Shown piece by piece: positions 1 through 8,598 of a stretch of 30,111 nt of DNA. This DNA comes from a bacterium (lineage in GTDB: Bacteria; Zhuqueibacterota; Zhuqueibacteria; Oceanimicrobiales; Oceanimicrobiaceae): the NCBI GenBank assembly GCA_046757525.1, contig JBHHYI010000032.1, positions 1 through 30,111 on the forward strand. Reading direction: 5' to 3'. Position numbers and translations under genes: made by a program. Numbering within the stretch: position 1 is the first letter of the stretch; every line of letters starts with the position of its first letter. Below the pieces are notes generated by a model that was not told where the DNA came from, made no database searches, and saw only the letters and a list, made by a program, of their open reading frames with translations.

Positions 1-112
1 AATATCCCGACTTAATGTGCGTTCAGCATAGATATACTGAACGATTCATCCACGGCCTGAACTGTTACTGACAATTTTATTTGCAACGGCCAAGTCAATT
101 TAAGGAAATAAT

Positions 113-733
113 TTGTTTAAATCCAATTTTATCGCTATTTCTGGCAACATCGGGGTTGGTAAGACCAGTTTGTCGAAACAGTTGAACAAGAGATTTGGTT
201 GGAAAGTCTTCTACGAACCGGAGCAGAAAAATCCTTATCTGGAAGATTTTTATGAGGATATGCAAAGATGGGCTTTCCATTCACAGATTGTCTTTCTGAC
301 CCAGCGCTTCAAGGATCATTTGAAAATCCAAAACTCCAAAGAGGTGCTGGTGCAGGACCGGACCATATTTGAAGACGCAGAAATCTTTGCCAGGAATCTT
401 TATGAGCGAAACCTCATGCAGCCGCGCGATTACCAGACTTACTGCAAGTTGTACGAGTCCATGGTGCAAACGCTCGAGAAGCCTGGCTTGTTGGTCTATT
501 TGAGAGCCTCAACCTGGACTCTGCTGAGCCGCATTCGGAAGAGAGGCCGGGATTATGAGCGTAACCTGGATCGCGAGTACCTGGCTCAGCTAAACATTAG
601 TTACGACAGATGGATCAGGCGTATCTCTGCAGATTGGAGCGTGCTGATCGTTGACACGGATGACTACGATATGGTCGAAGACGAGGATTGGTTGGAAGGT
701 ATTTTAGAGGAAATCAAACTGAAGGTAGAATAA
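113..733 (+). CDS. Deoxynucleoside kinase (dNK/dgk-dck family)
   Basis: P-loop IAISGNIGVGKTS, EP..NPYL..FY, 'F.SQ..FL..RF', 'DRTIFED..IFA' and lid 'RI.KRGR.YE'. TTG start preceded by TAAGGA. Confidence 0.93.
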   Translation: MFKSNFIAISGNIGVGKTSLSKQLNKRFGWKVFYEPEQKNPYLEDFYEDMQRWAFHSQIVFLTQRFKDHLKIQNSKEVLVQDRTIFEDAEIFARNLYERNLMQPRDYQTYCKLYESMVQTLEKPGLLVYLRASTWTLLSRIRKRGRDYERNLDREYLAQLNISYDRWIRRISADWSVLIVDTDDYDMVEDEDWLEGILEEIKLKVE

Positions 734-755
734 AGCAATTCTATGCTGGTGTGTT

Positions 756-2078
756 TCACCCTATCTTGTTGAACACCATGGGATAGGTCACCGTCACCGT
801 GCCTTGATCGATGGGTGCGTATTTCCATCTTCTGATGACATCCAGGATTTCCCGTTCAAATTCGGGATTGTTCATGTTGGAAGTAATGATCTTGGCGTTT
901 TCAACTTTGCCGCTGGCAGCAATAACCACCTCCACCACCATTTTGCCACCAAAAGTTTCGTCGTGTTTCAAGTATTTTTCATAGATGTATTTCATCCTGC
1001 CCATGTAGGCAGCCAGCACGGAGCGCACGGATTCCTCTGAGCGCTGCCCAACAGCACCAGGCGTCCCCTTGATCTCTCCGACCCGTTCCAGTTGAATCTC
1101 CCCTTTCTTGGCGAACGACACCGACTCGACTTCGTCCACATCGCCGATGATGTCATCGATGCCGTTGTCCAGGTCGGCCAAATTGAGCAGCTTGTCCAGA
1201 TCGTCGTTTACACCGGTGCCTTTGCCAACGGTGAGCTTTGAATTGGACATCACCTCATCCAAGGAAGTAGCCAACCCCTTATCCAACAGGACGTCCGCTA
1301 ACGCATTGGACTGGTCGCTGACCCCCGTTCCGCTCAACAATCCCAAAACGCCTTGACTCTCGATGTTTGCTTTCCTTTTGCTGGCTTCGGATTTTTTGGC
1401 TTTTGGCTCAGAGGAAGTCTCTTCTTTAGCATTTCCAGCGGCAGCCGGTTTGCTGGTGTTGAGCTCGGCCACCGGTTGTTTTTTTATCACGAATTTGGTC
1501 AATCGTTCAGGCACTTTTGTGGCTTTGGTGTAAGGTGAAAATCCTTGGGCATGTTCTTTCATGTACCTCAACATGAAGGCATGAAACAGAATAAAAAAGA
1601 GCAAAATCAGCTTAAACGGAATGTCTCTGCCTAAATCCTTAACCATCGCGTAAAGCCAGGAATACCCCTTGAAGTGAATTGGAACCACTTCCTTTTTGGA
1701 TTTGGCTGGCACCGCATCAAACTTGAAGGTAATCTTGGCATCGCCAACTTGCAAGTAACCTATTTTGTCCTGGGTCAGCGGGTAGAAGTAATCGTCGCGT
1801 TTTCGGGGCAACAAGTTGTGGAGAATCATATCCTTGAAAGCCAAACGGGAATCACCCGCCTTGACTTCGCCAGTCATGAATTTTTTCAGACGAAGCTGGA
1901 TGTGATTGTTTTTTCTTGCAAACAGCACATGCTTTTTCGGAAAACTTTCGCCGTAAAGCGTAATGTCATTATCTTGACTTCTCCCAATGGTTATGAAATC
2001 GCGCTTGGCAAGTCTGCGATAAAAGACATTGCCAGACTGTTCGATTTTTAGAACAAGTTGTTTCTTTACCTTGGCCAT
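756..2078 (-). CDS. FHA-domain / TM / TonB C-terminal protein, GltG(PglI/AgmX)-like energy transducer
   Basis: N-terminal FHA-like 'ITIGRSQDNDITL...KKH', one hydrophobic TM (FKLILLFFILFHAFML), a Lys/Ala/Glu-rich linker, and a C-terminal TonB-like domain 'MKYIYEKYLK...GKMVVEVVIAASGKV...RRWKY...VTVTYPMVF'. Last gene of the exbB/exbD operon. Confidence 0.8.
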   Translation of the reverse strand: MAKVKKQLVLKIEQSGNVFYRRLAKRDFITIGRSQDNDITLYGESFPKKHVLFARKNNHIQLRLKKFMTGEVKAGDSRLAFKDMILHNLLPRKRDDYFYPLTQDKIGYLQVGDAKITFKFDAVPAKSKKEVVPIHFKGYSWLYAMVKDLGRDIPFKLILLFFILFHAFMLRYMKEHAQGFSPYTKATKVPERLTKFVIKKQPVAELNTSKPAAAGNAKEETSSEPKAKKSEASKRKANIESQGVLGLLSGTGVSDQSNALADVLLDKGLATSLDEVMSNSKLTVGKGTGVNDDLDKLLNLADLDNGIDDIIGDVDEVESVSFAKKGEIQLERVGEIKGTPGAVGQRSEESVRSVLAAYMGRMKYIYEKYLKHDETFGGKMVVEVVIAASGKVENAKIITSNMNNPEFEREILDVIRRWKYAPIDQGTVTVTYPMVFNKIG

Positions 2079-2084
2079 AGAGTC

Positions 2085-2603
2085 TTAGTTCTGATCTTCC
2101 TGATTTACTGCTAAGAGCATGTTGTTGTAGCCTACTTTGCCACAAGTAAACATGACTTTCTTGAGCACTTCAAAGGGGATTTCCTTGTCCCCTTGAATGG
2201 TGATTTTTCCTTTAAATCCGATATTTGCGTCCAATCTGCCCAGATTCTCGGAAAATATGCGTTGCCGCTCCAACTGATCCAATAACTTGCGAATAACAAT
2301 TTGTTTGCTGCGCGAAATGGTTGGAATCCTTTCGATGGGATTGCCATCGAGGATGACCCACTCGTTGGTGACCACCAGGATAGGTGTGGCTTCCGGGGTT
2401 TTTTGAGCGGTCGATTCCGGCAGTTGTAGGTCCTTGGAGACGCTAATGATTTCCCCTTCAACAGAGTAGCTTTTGAGAAGGAAAACCAGGAGGATGGTAA
2501 ACATATCGATCATGGAAGTCAGACGCAGCGTGAAAGTGCTGGTGCGTTTTTTTCGGCGCGGCGCTACCACGAACTTCTCTTCGTCATCAAAGTTGAAATA
2601 CAT
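2085..2603 (-). CDS. ExbD/TolR family biopolymer transport protein (AglS-like)
   Basis: TM 'LTSMIDMFTILLVFLLKSYS' with the conserved Asp; C-terminal 'IQGDKEIPFEVLKKVMFTC...GY'. Confidence 0.9.
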   Translation of the reverse strand: MYFNFDDEEKFVVAPRRKKRTSTFTLRLTSMIDMFTILLVFLLKSYSVEGEIISVSKDLQLPESTAQKTPEATPILVVTNEWVILDGNPIERIPTISRSKQIVIRKLLDQLERQRIFSENLGRLDANIGFKGKITIQGDKEIPFEVLKKVMFTCGKVGYNNMLLAVNQEDQN

Positions 2604-2606
2604 GCT

Positions 2607-3065
2607 CTAACCCGAGATTGAAATGTTTGGAAAACCGTTTTCCCGACAGCGGTCCATGACCTTGATGATCACATCGTATTTGATTGAAGCCTGAGGTGCG
2701 ATGATGATATCTTCAGAGTCTTTGTGCAGAGTCTTCACCTCTTTGAGCTTGGCCACCAACGTCCGAAAGTCGAAGTTGTCCTTATTTTTGCGGATGATGG
2801 GAATCTTCATCCCTTGCGTTTTTAGTTCGAAGCCCTTTTCGGTGATGCCAATGAAGGTCACGACGACCTTCTTCGGGTCGGCCGGCATGGGTCGCGACTG
2901 TTGTTCCGTGCTGGGCAGCGAAAATTCAAGAACCGCGATTTTCACAAAGACCGCTGTCAACAGCATAAAAGGGACCAAAATCAAAAATATGTTCATGACC
3001 GGCGTGATGTTTACGTCGTCCTCTGCGTGCCGGCCGTGTCGCTTGAGGGCTTTTTTCAGATTCAT
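2607..3065 (-). CDS. ExbD/TolR family protein (AglQ-like; TM Asp replaced by Asn)
   Basis: 'VNITPVMNIFLILVPFML' TM and C-terminal 'IIIAP...YDVIIKVMDRCRENGF'. Start overlaps the exbB stop (ATGA). Confidence 0.9.
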   Translation of the reverse strand: MNLKKALKRHGRHAEDDVNITPVMNIFLILVPFMLLTAVFVKIAVLEFSLPSTEQQSRPMPADPKKVVVTFIGITEKGFELKTQGMKIPIIRKNKDNFDFRTLVAKLKEVKTLHKDSEDIIIAPQASIKYDVIIKVMDRCRENGFPNISISG

Positions 3066-3694
3066 TTGGACCGTTCCTTTTGTGCAATGATTCGACTGTA
3101 AACGCGAGCGATGTTTTCGTTGATTTCATCCACAATGGTATTGGTCTTTTCTTGAATGTAGGAGTGGAATACCAGGCATGGGATGGCTACCACAAGCCCA
3201 AAGGCCGTCGTGTTCATGGCCACAGAAATACCGGCCGACAACAGTGCGGCCTTTTGGGACGAATCCGCGGCGGACACAGCCTGGAAAGATTGAATTAGAC
3301 CCACAATGGTACCCAACAGTCCCAACAGAGTGGCCACGTTCGCGATCGTGGACAAATAGTGGGTGCGTTTTTCCAGCTTAGGAATCTCCGACATGGCTGC
3401 CAATTCGAAAGCGTTCTGAATTTCTTTTGGATTTTTGCCTATTTCCTGCAGCCCGGCTTTGGTGATTCTGGGAAGAGCCGCCTTGGACCGATTGCACAAT
3501 TCGATGGCACTTGAGATGTTGCCGCGCTGAATGAGTTCAATGACCTTGTTGACGAATCCGGTGGTATCGATTCTATTCTTTACAGCAACAAATACAAATC
3601 GCTCGACGATGACAGCCACTCCAAAAACCAAAGCCGACAAGATTACGTACATGAATGGCCCCCCGCTTTGAAAGGCGATATAGATGTAGTCCAA
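3062..3694 (-). CDS. MotA/TolQ/ExbB proton channel protein (AglR-like)
   Basis: 'GGPFMYVIL...VIVERF', 'ATLLGLLGTIVGLIQSF', 'AGISVAMNTTAFGLVVAIP'. TTG start with GGAGG RBS. Confidence 0.93.
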   Translation of the reverse strand: MDYIYIAFQSGGPFMYVILSALVFGVAVIVERFVFVAVKNRIDTTGFVNKVIELIQRGNISSAIELCNRSKAALPRITKAGLQEIGKNPKEIQNAFELAAMSEIPKLEKRTHYLSTIANVATLLGLLGTIVGLIQSFQAVSAADSSQKAALLSAGISVAMNTTAFGLVVAIPCLVFHSYIQEKTNTIVDEINENIARVYSRIIAQKERSK

Positions 3695-3865
3695 CGTTAA
3701 TCCTCCAGTTTTATTTTAAGACATCATAAATTAAATCATTTACCAAACCATAGGATTTCCTTCCCCTTTTGAAAAGCTGTACCCTGATTCTCAAACCGTG
3801 AGCAAAGTTTAGAAGCGGTAAGGCAGGTTAAGGGGAGATCAGTCTGGACAAAACCGCCCAAAAAG

Positions 3866-4234
3866 CTACCAGAGGATGGGTTCATTTTTGGTCTTGTCAG
3901 CCAACCTGGGAAAATCATCTCTTTCAATCTTACGAAATATTTCCTTAAAAAAGGATCGGTCAATTTGGATGTCGTCGACGCTTGGATCCGTGCCCGGGAT
4001 GATGAAGACGGTTTGCGGCTTTTCAATGCGTCCCAGGATTTCGATTTTGTCTAAAAAAATGTTCAGGTCCTTTTTCTTTTTCGCCAAATCGATATCTTTT
4101 GTCACCTCTTTGTTTTCTTGAACCTTTTTTGCGCCTTCCTGGGCCCAGGCGGATGTGGTAGCTGCTAACAGGGTGCCTGCCATCAGACCGCTGAAGACCA
4201 AGAGAGTCAATATATTTTTAGGGTAGTTGCACAT
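3866..4234 (-). CDS. Small secreted GltF/CglF-like protein
   Basis: ATG at 4234 with GGAGG RBS and a signal peptide ending ...SAWA. C-terminal 'LDKIEILGRIEKPQTVFII...DRSFFKEI' resembles GltF-type proteins, and the gene lies between the TPR gene and exbB as in Glt core clusters. Confidence 0.65.
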   Translation of the reverse strand: MCNYPKNILTLLVFSGLMAGTLLAATTSAWAQEGAKKVQENKEVTKDIDLAKKKKDLNIFLDKIEILGRIEKPQTVFIIPGTDPSVDDIQIDRSFFKEIFRKIERDDFPRLADKTKNEPILW

Positions 4235-4256
4235 AATCATTACCTCCACGCGCGAT

Positions 4257-7163
4257 CTAAGAACCGGTACTGGGGTCGATCTCCCTGGCACTGAGCCCCA
4301 ACTCAGCCGTCAGGACTTCCACTCGATGTCTGCTTTGTTGGACCCAGGTGTTGTGGATATTGTTTTTGTAGGCTTTTTCGACCGTCGACTGATAAGCTGC
4401 CAATGCCTTCTTTCTAAATGGCAGTACCTTTTCGTTGACTTTCTGATTGTATTGTTGCAGCGCCTCGCCGGTTAAATTATCCGGAGGCGTGGCGTTCAAG
4501 AAGAAATTTGCAAACTCTTCAAAAGTCGCGCCTATTTGGTGGGATGAGGCGGTAGCCCATTCTGCCACCTTGAAGCGGGCAGCCGCGGTGTAAGCTTTGA
4601 TGACTGCTTCAAACAGTTTCTTTTTTCTCTTGAGGTTACGTTCCAGGGGCGGCACCAGCTTAATCTGCACGTAATTTCTGAACAATATTTCGCCGACCAA
4701 GAATTGGGCATTGGCAGGAAAGTACTTTTCAACCATTTCGCCTTGATTACCAAGCTGGCGATAAGCACTGACTACAAACTTCAAATCGGCTAACGCCATG
4801 TTGTAATTGCCCAGGTTGTAGGCAATCTCAGCTTTTCTGAATGCGGCTTCCAGATAGCGGTCGGGCGCTTGTTTGTAGACCTTGAGGTATTCCCCGTAGT
4901 AAGTTCGGGCGTTGTCGGAGTCCCCCAGGTTCTCATAAGATTTTGCGGCGTTAAACAGTGCCTTAGCCGCAAACTTGGAAGCATTGTTGCTGCGGTAGAC
5001 ATTCAAATAGTTTGCAGCCGCTCGATTCCAGTCTTGTAGCTCTTCACATAAAATACCTGCTTTAAATAGTGCTTCTTCAACCAGGGCTGATTTGGGGTAT
5101 TTCTGAAACAGCAACTCATAGAGTGAAATGGCTTTTTCTTGCTGGCCAATGTTTTCATACTGGAGTGCTGCCTCAAATTGCGCACGTTCGGCTACGGCAG
5201 AATCAGGAGCAATGCGCGAGACCTTTTCAAACTCCAACGCGGCCTGCGCGGTAGCGCCCGATTCCTTAAAAGACTCGGCCACCTTAAATCTTGACGAAGC
5301 GATCATTTTGTTGGCGCGTTCTACGTAGCGGGCCGAGTCCGGGTAGAGTTGTGCTAACCTGGCAAACCAATCCTCGGCTTCCTTGTAATGGCCCGCCTTA
5401 AATGCGCTTTGAGCGGTCATGGTGTAGGCCTGTGGCAGGAAACGGTTTGGCACCGAACTGTCAAGGTTAATAACCTTCTGATAGCAGGCCTGGGCCAGGG
5501 TGTAGTGGCCTAAGTCGAAGAACATTTCAGCATATTTCATCAGGACCTCGGGCAATTTGGTGCTACCGGGGTAGAGGCGACAAAAATCATTAGAGGCTAA
5601 GAGAAATTGCGCTTGAACAGCATTGTCGACTCTAAACGTGTCGGTGACGGCCTGAGGATTGCCCAGGAAGTCGCTGATTGTGAGTTGTTCCTGAGCGGGT
5701 CTGGGCTTGCTTTTCAACAACTGATCGTAAGACAATATTCGATTGTAGGCCGCTAACTCGCGGAATTCTGACTCAGGATGGTTCGCCAAAATGTCGTTGT
5801 AAGTCTCCGCTGCGGCCTTAAAATCCTCCACATCGTAAAAACATTCGGCTAAATAGAACAGCACCTTGCTTCTTATTTTGGAGTTCGGGAATTTGGTCAA
5901 TAATGAACGATAGCGGTCGATGGCCAACTGATAATGAATTTTCGATTTGGTCTGTTGGGCCTCAGCCTGGGCATCGGTGCCCAGCGTGAACAAGAATTCT
6001 TCCACAACGTCCAAAACTTCTTGTCGCAAATCGGCTTTCAGGATATGACTCAACCATTGACTGCCCGGGCCGTATTTCGATACCAGCAGCGCCCTGGCCT
6101 GGTTGGCTTTTTCCCGGTCGCCGGCCAATTCGTAATTCTTAATGATCTCTTGCTGATATTTGGGGGCGTTAGGGCTGTCGGGATAGAAATTCAGCAAAAC
6201 GTTGAGGCTCTCAATGGCCTGGTTGTAAAAGTTTCGCTTCTGGTACACGTCTGCCAAACTCAGCAGGATTTCTTTGGTGTACTCCTTCTCTTTTTTGCTT
6301 TTCAGAAACTCCTTGGCCTTGGCAGGTCCGCCAAATTCCGCAAAACAGATTGCGGCATATTGCAGGGCTTCTTTGCGCAGATCGGCCTTGGTCTTGCCCA
6401 GTACTTCGGTGTCGGCCTGCTCTACCAGATTGACATCCTCGATCAGATAAATGAAGGTCCCAATCGCGTCGGGATATTTTTCTATATTATAGTAGCTCCA
6501 CCCTAATTTGTACAAGGCCATATCGAAGTAAGGGTTGTCCCAGCTATTTAGGAGCTGGCTGTAATTCTCGATGGCCTGTTGGTATTGTTTCTGGTCGAAG
6601 TAGTATTCACCAAGTCTAAAATAGGCTTCGTCAATAAATTGGCTGTTTTTTGATTCAGCGATCAGTTGTGAAAAATAGTCTTTGACTTTCTCTTTGTTGC
6701 CTTCTTCTAAATGACACAAGGCAATTCTGTAGAGAACTTTGTCGCGAAACGGAACTCTGGGGTATTTTTCCAGAATCTTGTAGCTGATGGCGATGGCGTC
6801 ACTCAGATTGATGCGTGGGATTATGGGCTCGCTTTTCAGCAATCCCGCGTCATATTGTTTTAGATTGTTCTCGTAAAGGGTCATCTCTTGCTGGTATCTG
6901 AGAGCTGCCCGTTTGACATAAAGTTCGGACAACTGGAACATCACAGTTGGCGCAAACTCATTGTTTGGATATTTGGCCAAAATGGCCTCTTGATCGGTGA
7001 TGGCCTGAGTCAGGCTTCGTATTAATCTAATATCGCTTGCCGGATCTACTTGACCTTGCAGCGTAACTGGTAGGCTGGCAATTGCGAATGCAATTAAGAC
7101 AGTTCGCTGAAACAGGGTTCTTAAGCGGAGGCAGATCTTTGATTTAACCACAGTCGAGTCCAT
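4257..7163 (-). CDS. Large secreted tetratricopeptide-repeat protein (GltD/AgmU-like)
   Basis: N-terminal signal-like segment and many TPRs ('AYFRLGEYYF', 'ALYKLGWSYY', 'VLFYLAECFY'). C-terminal 'IKLVPPL...KKKL...YT.AA...EWATAS...IG..FE.FA...PP..L...Y...PF...A...Y' is typical of GltD-like proteins. Confidence 0.8.
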   Translation of the reverse strand: MDSTVVKSKICLRLRTLFQRTVLIAFAIASLPVTLQGQVDPASDIRLIRSLTQAITDQEAILAKYPNNEFAPTVMFQLSELYVKRAALRYQQEMTLYENNLKQYDAGLLKSEPIIPRINLSDAIAISYKILEKYPRVPFRDKVLYRIALCHLEEGNKEKVKDYFSQLIAESKNSQFIDEAYFRLGEYYFDQKQYQQAIENYSQLLNSWDNPYFDMALYKLGWSYYNIEKYPDAIGTFIYLIEDVNLVEQADTEVLGKTKADLRKEALQYAAICFAEFGGPAKAKEFLKSKKEKEYTKEILLSLADVYQKRNFYNQAIESLNVLLNFYPDSPNAPKYQQEIIKNYELAGDREKANQARALLVSKYGPGSQWLSHILKADLRQEVLDVVEEFLFTLGTDAQAEAQQTKSKIHYQLAIDRYRSLLTKFPNSKIRSKVLFYLAECFYDVEDFKAAAETYNDILANHPESEFRELAAYNRILSYDQLLKSKPRPAQEQLTISDFLGNPQAVTDTFRVDNAVQAQFLLASNDFCRLYPGSTKLPEVLMKYAEMFFDLGHYTLAQACYQKVINLDSSVPNRFLPQAYTMTAQSAFKAGHYKEAEDWFARLAQLYPDSARYVERANKMIASSRFKVAESFKESGATAQAALEFEKVSRIAPDSAVAERAQFEAALQYENIGQQEKAISLYELLFQKYPKSALVEEALFKAGILCEELQDWNRAAANYLNVYRSNNASKFAAKALFNAAKSYENLGDSDNARTYYGEYLKVYKQAPDRYLEAAFRKAEIAYNLGNYNMALADLKFVVSAYRQLGNQGEMVEKYFPANAQFLVGEILFRNYVQIKLVPPLERNLKRKKKLFEAVIKAYTAAARFKVAEWATASSHQIGATFEEFANFFLNATPPDNLTGEALQQYNQKVNEKVLPFRKKALAAYQSTVEKAYKNNIHNTWVQQSRHRVEVLTAELGLSAREIDPSTGS

Positions 7164-7192
7164 GACGTACTATCCATGTAAAGAATTCATGT

Positions 7193-7912
7193 CTATTTTT
7201 CTTCTAATCCGCGGAGAAATGTCGCTCTGGCCTTGCCGTACTCCGCGTAAGCCCGCCAATCCTTCTGCATCTCTCGTTTTCCGATTTGTCTTTTTAGGGA
7301 GTTGATACTTTCTGAGACGCTGTCAAAAAGCTCCTTTTCGACAATAAGTTTCTCAACTAATTGCTCCCTTTCTTTCTCCATCCTCTTGCGTTCCTGCTTG
7401 ATGTATTTGGGAAGGCCATCACCCGTGTTTATTGGAATCGTATCGAGCAGGTTCGATTCTAACAGTAGAAGATCGGTTTTTAGTGCTTCGACTCGAAGTT
7501 CCTCTTTGGCTAATCTGCTTTTGACTTTGGCAATGAAACGGGCAAAATTGTTTGAAACTGGCGATGTATTAATTATTTGATAATATTCATTGATAGCAAA
7601 CTTGTAATAACCGAGACGTAGATAGCATTGGCCTAAAACAAAATGCGCTTCTTTTGCATTTAAGTCGTTGGGATAGTTCTTAACCAGCTTGCTTAGGGCG
7701 ATTAGTGCCTGCTGATAATTTTCAGACTTTAAGGCCGACCAGCCAATCGCTAGCAAAACATCAGGATAATCGTAGAAAGTGGTTGAAATGCGTTTTAGAA
7801 ACTTGATAGCCGTATCAAAACTCGACAATTCAAAATGAATATATCCCAGGGTTAAGCGGGCCGAGTCGACGATTTCCCTTCTTTCGGTGCTGACCACCGG
7901 CAGTCGGGCCAC
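7193..7912 (-). CDS. TPR/coiled-coil protein, C-terminal part of a frameshifted gene (GltC-like)
   Basis: TPRs 'ARLTLGYIHFE', 'VLLAIGWSAL', 'AHFVLGQCYL' followed by a coiled coil. The frame stays open upstream to the A11 tract (…NVRGALRTLEKVARLP). Confidence 0.7.
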   Translation of the reverse strand: MARLPVVSTERREIVDSARLTLGYIHFELSSFDTAIKFLKRISTTFYDYPDVLLAIGWSALKSENYQQALIALSKLVKNYPNDLNAKEAHFVLGQCYLRLGYYKFAINEYYQIINTSPVSNNFARFIAKVKSRLAKEELRVEALKTDLLLLESNLLDTIPINTGDGLPKYIKQERKRMEKEREQLVEKLIVEKELFDSVSESINSLKRQIGKREMQKDWRAYAEYGKARATFLRGLEEK

Positions 7913-7917
7913 TTTCT

Positions 7918-8562
7918 CTAAGGTACGTAAGGCACCTCTGACATTTTTTTTTTTAATTGTGCAAGACCTGTGGTGTACAAGGCGAATGGGTAGAATTCGC
8001 TCTTGCTGCCAACATGGCCTAAAATCTCGGGAACTAGATTATAATTCTTTAGATAGTAATAGGATTGACCGGCATAGTACCGCGATTCTCCAATGATATT
8101 GCTGTGAGAATAATGGGCTTCCAGCGCTTTGTAGAATTTTAGACTTTGCCGGTAGTTTTTCCTCTTATAATAAATTTTTTGCAAACCCAACAGAGCCTTT
8201 GGCAGTAATGGAGTCCTGGGTGTGGCCTTCAAGAGATACCTGAAGAGGCGGTCGGCCGCGGCAAACATATCCATTTCATATAAACAGCTCCCCAGATGAT
8301 AGACTACACCGTCCATTTTCGAAAACTTTGGGTAATAATCTAACAAGACAATCAGGTCGAGGGCGCTTTTCCAATAAACTTCTTCCTCATAATTGTCGAG
8401 CGCCTTCTTGTACAAATTCAGTGCTGCCCGGTTAACAACTAACTTGGCTCTGTCTTGTACAACCGAGACCGGTTCTGCGAGTAAGTACTGAGTATTAGTA
8501 AAAGCTATGCCTAAAACCCACCCCCAAAGCAATGCGTTTTTCAATCTATTTCTTGATATCAT
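7918..8562 (-). CDS. Secreted TPR protein, N-terminal part of a frameshifted gene (GltC-like)
   Basis: Signal peptide and TPRs 'VVYHLGSCLY', 'SRYYAGQSYY', 'ALYTTGLAQLKKK'. The TPR is cut mid-repeat at the homopolymer. Confidence 0.7.
   Translation of the reverse strand: MISRNRLKNALLWGWVLGIAFTNTQYLLAEPVSVVQDRAKLVVNRAALNLYKKALDNYEEEVYWKSALDLIVLLDYYPKFSKMDGVVYHLGSCLYEMDMFAAADRLFRYLLKATPRTPLLPKALLGLQKIYYKRKNYRQSLKFYKALEAHYSHSNIIGESRYYAGQSYYYLKNYNLVPEILGHVGSKSEFYPFALYTTGLAQLKKKMSEVPYVP
7944..7954 (-). repeat. A11 homopolymer (T11 on + strand) at the frameshift junction
   Basis: Eleven consecutive T at 7944-7954. One extra base fuses ORFs 7918..8562 and 7193..7912 into a 456-aa protein. Confidence 0.9.
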
Positions 8563-8598
8563 GTGAACAAATACTGAATATTAGAGGACGAGTGGCGC

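Noticed and set aside
20..43. Hairpin CGTTCAG...CTGAACG at the window start
   Set aside because: Short stem without a U-tract and lacking upstream context; cannot be assigned.
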